64,000 nucleotides of DNA, from NCBI RefSeq assembly GCF_009914755.1, contig NC_060935.1. The stretch is one strand, 5' to 3'. The translations under genes and the position numbers were made by a program. Below are positions 59,161 through 64,000 of this stretch, one piece after another. Numbering within the stretch: position 1 is the first letter of the stretch; each line of letters opens with the position of its first letter. Source of the DNA: the human T2T-CHM13v2.0 reference genome, Homo sapiens. Below the pieces are notes generated by a model. That model ran no database searches. It had not been told where the DNA came from and saw nothing but the letters and a program-made list of their open reading frames with translations.

Positions 59161-62100
59161 TGTTCCTATTGCCTCATTCAATCCCTTTCACTCTGGGAGT
59201 CCTGCTTCCTGAACAGATGTTCCACTTTCCTGCATACATTCCTTTATCCTGACCAACCTCAGTACACAAGCTACCAGAGGCTGGGGCCTGCCAGAACCTG
59301 TCCAGGGTTCTCCGTGACATGTTTGCAGGGTGGAGAACAGGGGCAGACTGGGAATCTTCCCTATATGCAAATAGCTTGTCATTCCGGTTTGGGGAAAGGC
59401 TCACATCAGATTTCAGCATCTTCTAAAGTATTGCAGAGCTCCTGTACCAGCTCACTTGTCTGGGAGGAGCAGGCTAAAAATCTTAGGTTCCCCAAAGACA
59501 ATCACACATACACACAAAATTCATTTAATAACTCCAAATCCAGAACACTTCCATCTTCAATCTGCCCAAACAAAATGCACTGATAGAGGTTAGTTGGAAG
59601 GACTCAGAGCATTTTGGGGTAAAACTTCTATAGCTAGAACCTGTTCCTTGCCCCTTCTGGTGGGTGGGGGTCATAGTTGGACTATAACCACTTCATTATC
59701 CATTCCCATTTGTAGGTAGATATGGGTAAAGGTAGAGTTTCCCTCCCAACCCCCCAGCTCTCTCCCCTCCACACACTGGCTGCTGACTTCCCAACCAGCC
59801 AGGACCTAGGGACTTCTGCACTCAGACCACTGGAAAGAAACCAGCAGCCTCTGAGTTGACTTTACTCTTTTGCAAATCCCTATACCTCACCCCACTTTTA
59901 ATGAGAGATCCAGGAGTTCTTTGCCTCTGTGAACTTATACTCAGAAAGGGTCCCTCCACTTACAACTTCTCCCAGAGCTTATCCAAAGACTACTAGGCCT
60001 TTGCCCTAGCCCATGTTAGACAGCTGTAAGGAGCAGGACAAGCCCAGTCAAATGATCCAGTCCCTCTGGGTCAATGAATGTATCTATTTTGACTGACTCC
60101 TCAGAAGCCTTAGGGGTGCTTGAACCCACAGCAGAGAGTTTCAACAGGTGGGTCAGCAGTAATACGCCCTGACCCTGCAGTTCCTCCACCTCCACCCCTG
60201 TGAGAAATTCAGAGGTATTTTGTTCGGGATTCTGGCAACATGCCTTGAGCCCTGGGTGTCCCCTCTTCTAGGAATGATGCTTTCTTCAATATTCCTGTGA
60301 CAGTCTCTGCAGGCAGACAATGGCAGCTTCTGGTTACTTCCTCTCCCTGGAGAGCCACTTCAGGTATAAGTGGATCAAGGGGAACTGCTGAAATGACTCA
60401 GGCCATTCACCCTTGGTATTTCCTCCAGGAGCTGAGATAGGTCTCGCTGAATGTCAAAGATCGGGCCTCAGTCAAACTTCCGCAGAGCTGGGTGGCTGGT
60501 CACCTTCCCAGTCTCCATGTTCACCCTCCCAGTAGAAGGTATGAAACATCCTCTTGACCTCCTGGTCTCCCTGATGACAATGTCCTTTATCACCTTCCAA
60601 ACTTCTCTGGCAGAGGCTTTAAACTTGGGCAGGCAGGGCTACTCCAGAGACAATGGGTTCTGTTATGCCCTGTCTTGCTCCAGCCAAAGCAAGCTGGGGG
60701 CCTCCCTCTGACATATGTTTGGGGGATACGTCCTGCTCCTGATGCAGTTTCCATCATCTCCACCCTCTTCCAGGGAGCATGACTCTCTCTCTTCCTTTTT
60801 TGTATTCATAAAAGGCTACTCCCTGATCCTCCCCTGGCCAACCATTTCCATAGAAACTAAGAGACTTGAGTTTGAATATCAACTACCACTTACTAGCTAT
60901 GTGTCCATTGATTACTTATTGTCTTGAAGCCAGTTTCCTCATCTGTGAATAGAAGATGTTGACCTCATAACATTGTTGCAAGATAAACAGGATAATATAT
61001 GTAAAGCAATGCAGTAACTGAAATAGTCACTGATCCTGGAACAAAGTGAGTGTTCAATTAGTAGTGGCTATCACTAGTTTCTATGACAACTGTCTCCAGG
61101 CCCAATCTTTGATCCTTAATCTGCTTGCCAGAATTCATCCTGGAAGTTGCAGGTAAGTTGTTACAGAGGGAGCAAGTTCTCCAGCTTCCACAGGGAGTCT
61201 CTGTTTGCCTATCATGCCTACACTGTTCCCTGGGAGTCTGGTGGGCTTGTGGCATGGACGAGGGGCTCTGCAGGTTTGGGCTGAAGGCAAGGCACTTCCT
61301 TGTCTGGTAGGTAGGCTCCTCAAACCTAACAGTGATCACTCTGAGGGCTCCTTGTGGACTTACTCAGCTGTAGGCAAATAGTGGCTGACTCTGCACTCCG
61401 TGGCCACAGTTCCTCCAGGTATGCCTGTCTCTGGGCAATGGCCCACTTGGTCAGTGCCCCTGGGGAGACCTGTCTGTTCAAGCACTTGTCATTTTCCCTG
61501 CTCTGAGGGTCTCCAAGGTGAGAGGGCAATCCCATGGACCCAGGACCCAGGGGAACCTCCAAGCTCAGCACTGGTCAGGCTCCAGCTAGAGCCTCCTCTC
61601 ATCCCTGGCAACAAACTGCCCCTAGTAACTGCGCCAAGGAGGCCACCTCCCCCGTGGCCACCCCGAGGCTGGGGTCCATCCCTCTGAGGTTGGATAGAGC
61701 GCAGCCCAGGAAGGGAGTCCCCTGCAGACAGGAGCCCAGCCTCCCCCGCAACTCTGTCCCTGCTGACCCCTCCTTGGTAACCTATAGCACACCAAGGCTG
61801 GCTAACAAACAAACAAACAAAACCCCAACAAGAACAAAGGAAACATGAAACCAGTCAGACCAACAGATTCAGACCAGAAAATCCCCATTAAAATTGTTTG
61901 AGCCCCATACTTGCTGGATAGGGGCAGGGGTCCAGGCCTGAATCCTTCATAAACCATAAAACCTTGAATGCACTGAAGGAATGCATAAACCGATTTCACT
62001 TAGCGCTGGGCCTAAATAAACTGGATCCAACTTCTCAGGCTGGACTTCTTCCAGCTTCGGGACACCTTCTCCCAGCATCCCTCCCTAGGGGGAACTGGGG

Positions 62101-62189
62101 AAAATCAAAGGCTGAGACAGGGGAAATGCGAGGGCTTCGGAGGGACATACCCTCTTCCCCAGGCCCAGGTCGCTCCATCCCTGCTGGGG

Positions 62190-62700
62190 CCTCAGGGCTC
62201 ATGTCTGGGATTTCCCCACCTTTGCGGGGCAGGAGCGGCTCCTCTTGGGCGGGGAAGGAGGCAGGGCCGGCTCGTCTCCCCATTCCCCTCTCCCGGACCC
62301 GAGGAGCAGGAAGCGGCGGCTCCTTCGGCCACCCAGGCAGCAGCCACAGCGGGGAGTGCGCGGCGCGGGGACAGGAAGAGAGGGGCAATGGCTGCCGACC
62401 CCACCGAGCTGCGGCTGGGCAGCCTCCCCGTCTTCACCCGCGACGACTTCGAGGGCGACTGGCGCCTAGTGGCCAGCGGCGGCTTCAGCCAGGTGTTCCA
62501 GGCGCGGCACAGGCGCTGGCGGACGGAGTACGCCATCAAGTGCGCCCCCTGCCTTCCACCCGACGCCGCCAGGTACTGCCAGCCTCGCCCTCCCCTTTCT
62601 CGGAGGAGAAACTGAGGCCCGGCAAGCTTTGGGCCCAGGGAGCTTGCGAGGAAGGAGTGGGCTGAGTTTGGGGCTGAGGACTGTCCCCCGCGGTATTTCT
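62190..62700. promoter_or_regulatory. CpG island / ANKK1 promoter and 5'UTR
   Basis: Abrupt rise in GC and CpG density, with a GC box (GGGCGGGG ~62247) ahead of the ANKK1 ATG in strong Kozak context (gcaATGg). Confidence 0.85.
62388..62572 (+). CDS. ANKK1: ANKK1 coding exon 1 (RIP-family Ser/Thr kinase N-lobe)
   Basis: MAADPTELRLGSLPVFTRDDFEGDWRLVASGGFSQVFQARHRRWRTEYAIKCAPCLPPDAA, containing a G-loop and the AIK lysine; donor CAG|gtactg after 185 nt. Confidence 0.97.
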
Positions 62701-64000
62701 GAATTCCACCCAGTAGCCTGAGCCTCCCAGGCACACCCATACCTGTCTCCCTAACCAAAATAGAGTTGGCACATAATACCTGTTTGTAGACTCAACAGAG
62801 GTCAAAGGCAAGCGGGAACTACCTACCAAAGACGCCTTTATCCCATCTGACCTTCCGAACTTGTCCTGCCTGCTTCCATCCTTCTCTCCAGCGCCTTCTT
62901 CCCCCGGTGTCCTGTGGCAATAACTGCTCTTGACCGCTCTCTGCCATCCTCCTACCCACCCCAGCTCTCAGGGCAGGGCTGAGCATCCTGGGAGGCTGTG
63001 GCACTTTGCTCAGATCTGCAGGGAATCATGTTCTCTCTTCCCACGGTGGCGGGAGGGAGGAGGCCCCTCCCAATCAGTGCAGGCTGAGGAGGTCAGGGGA
63101 TGGAGACTGCCCAGCCTGATGGCCTGTCCAGGCCCTTGGAGGGTCAAGTCTGGAGTTCTCTCATCTCTGTTTTTGTTTTTGTCCCTTGCTGTCATGCGCA
63201 CTACAGCGACGCCTTGACATGCCCCTATTTTTCTCTTCCTACCTCTTTCCTACGTTTCCATTATTCTCTGTCTTCCCACTGATTTGGAATCCAGTCTCAT
63301 TCCCACTGGAGTTGCATATACTAGCTGTGTGCTTGCACCTTGCAGCCATGAAGAAGACACTCGGGATGTTAAACCTGAGCATGATAACCATGTCCTCCTC
63401 CCAAGGCTCTGGGACATCAATTAGAGAGTCCGGGGCGGTGGTCTCTCTGACTGGCATCTGGCTTGGATGCTATCTGTGGTTCTCTAGGATTACCATGCAA
63501 ACTCTTAAGATACAGCCTCAGGTGCCACACACTCAGTTCCCAGGCCTTCCCCCACCTTATGAGGAGAGGAAAAATAAGATCGCCTAAGGCCCACTCACCT
63601 TCCTCCCTCAACATCTGCCTGTTGGTTTTGGAGGAGGGTCAGAGTATGCTAGGATTTGTCTAAATCATTTATAGCCTTTTGAATATAGAACGAAAGGAAA
63701 CAGATGGCAGTGACATGATTACACTGTAAGACATTGATGCTAACTCCTGCCACTTTCCCTTCCCAAGTTCTGGGAATTCCCTGGGTGGAGGGGGTAAGAT
63801 AATTAATGGTAATTAAGACTTAGTATGTATGGATTACTATACTAGGAGCTTTACGTGCATTACTTTACTAGATCCTCTTTCCAGCTATTCATTCATTCAT
63901 CCACTTGACAAATGCTTACTGCTCTTCTACTATGTGTCAGGCACTGTTCTACACCCTGGGATTAACGATGAATGCAACAGATGTGTCCTTTCTCTCCGGG

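Noticed and set aside
60378-60638. Protein-looking minus-strand frame (…PKFKASAREVWKVIKDIVIRETRR…FD*GPIFDIQRDLSQLLEEIP…) suggesting a pseudogene between TTC12 and ANKK1
   Set aside because: 87 codons with one internal stop is within chance, and I recognise no family. A BLASTX or PhyloCSF hit in 56650-57100 or 59600-61350 would revive it.
61964-62829. Long overlapping ORFs (233, 188, 117 aa) around ANKK1 exon 1
   Set aside because: Stop-poor GC-rich CpG island; only 62388-62572 encodes a recognisable protein.

Overview
Human (primate) genomic DNA from the NCAM1-TTC12-ANKK1-DRD2 cluster on 11q23.2, recognised from the encoded peptides. On the + strand, 17 GT-AG coding exons (1-40781, the first cut by the window edge) splice into one uninterrupted 593-aa frame. 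This is the C-terminal part of TTC12 (TPR repeats then ARM-like repeats, ending ...MKYISDS*), followed by a very short 3'UTR (AATAAA 40846). An in-phase alternative last exon lies at 42677-42833. About 20 kb of repeat-rich intergenic DNA follows, then the CpG-island promoter and first coding exon of the RIP-family kinase ANKK1 (62388-62572). The rest is mostly interspersed repeats: a full-length 6.6-kb old L1PA with a perfect 16-bp TSD, a nested L1/L1/Alu insertion with a twin-priming inversion, three Alus, MADE1/MADE2/MER2/MER5 DNA elements, solo LTRs, MIR/L2/L3 and microsatellites. I see no evidence of an undescribed gene system. The most unusual signals are structural: a 200-bp AT-rich templated inverted-repeat/palindrome complex at an L1 junction upstream of ANKK1, one target site hit twice by retroelements, a consensus splice donor hidden 15 nt into a TTC12 exon, a miR-548-type hairpin behind the alternative last exon, and a (GGAA)13 microsatellite. 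Repeat subfamily names and most repeat boundaries were assigned by eye and are approximate.
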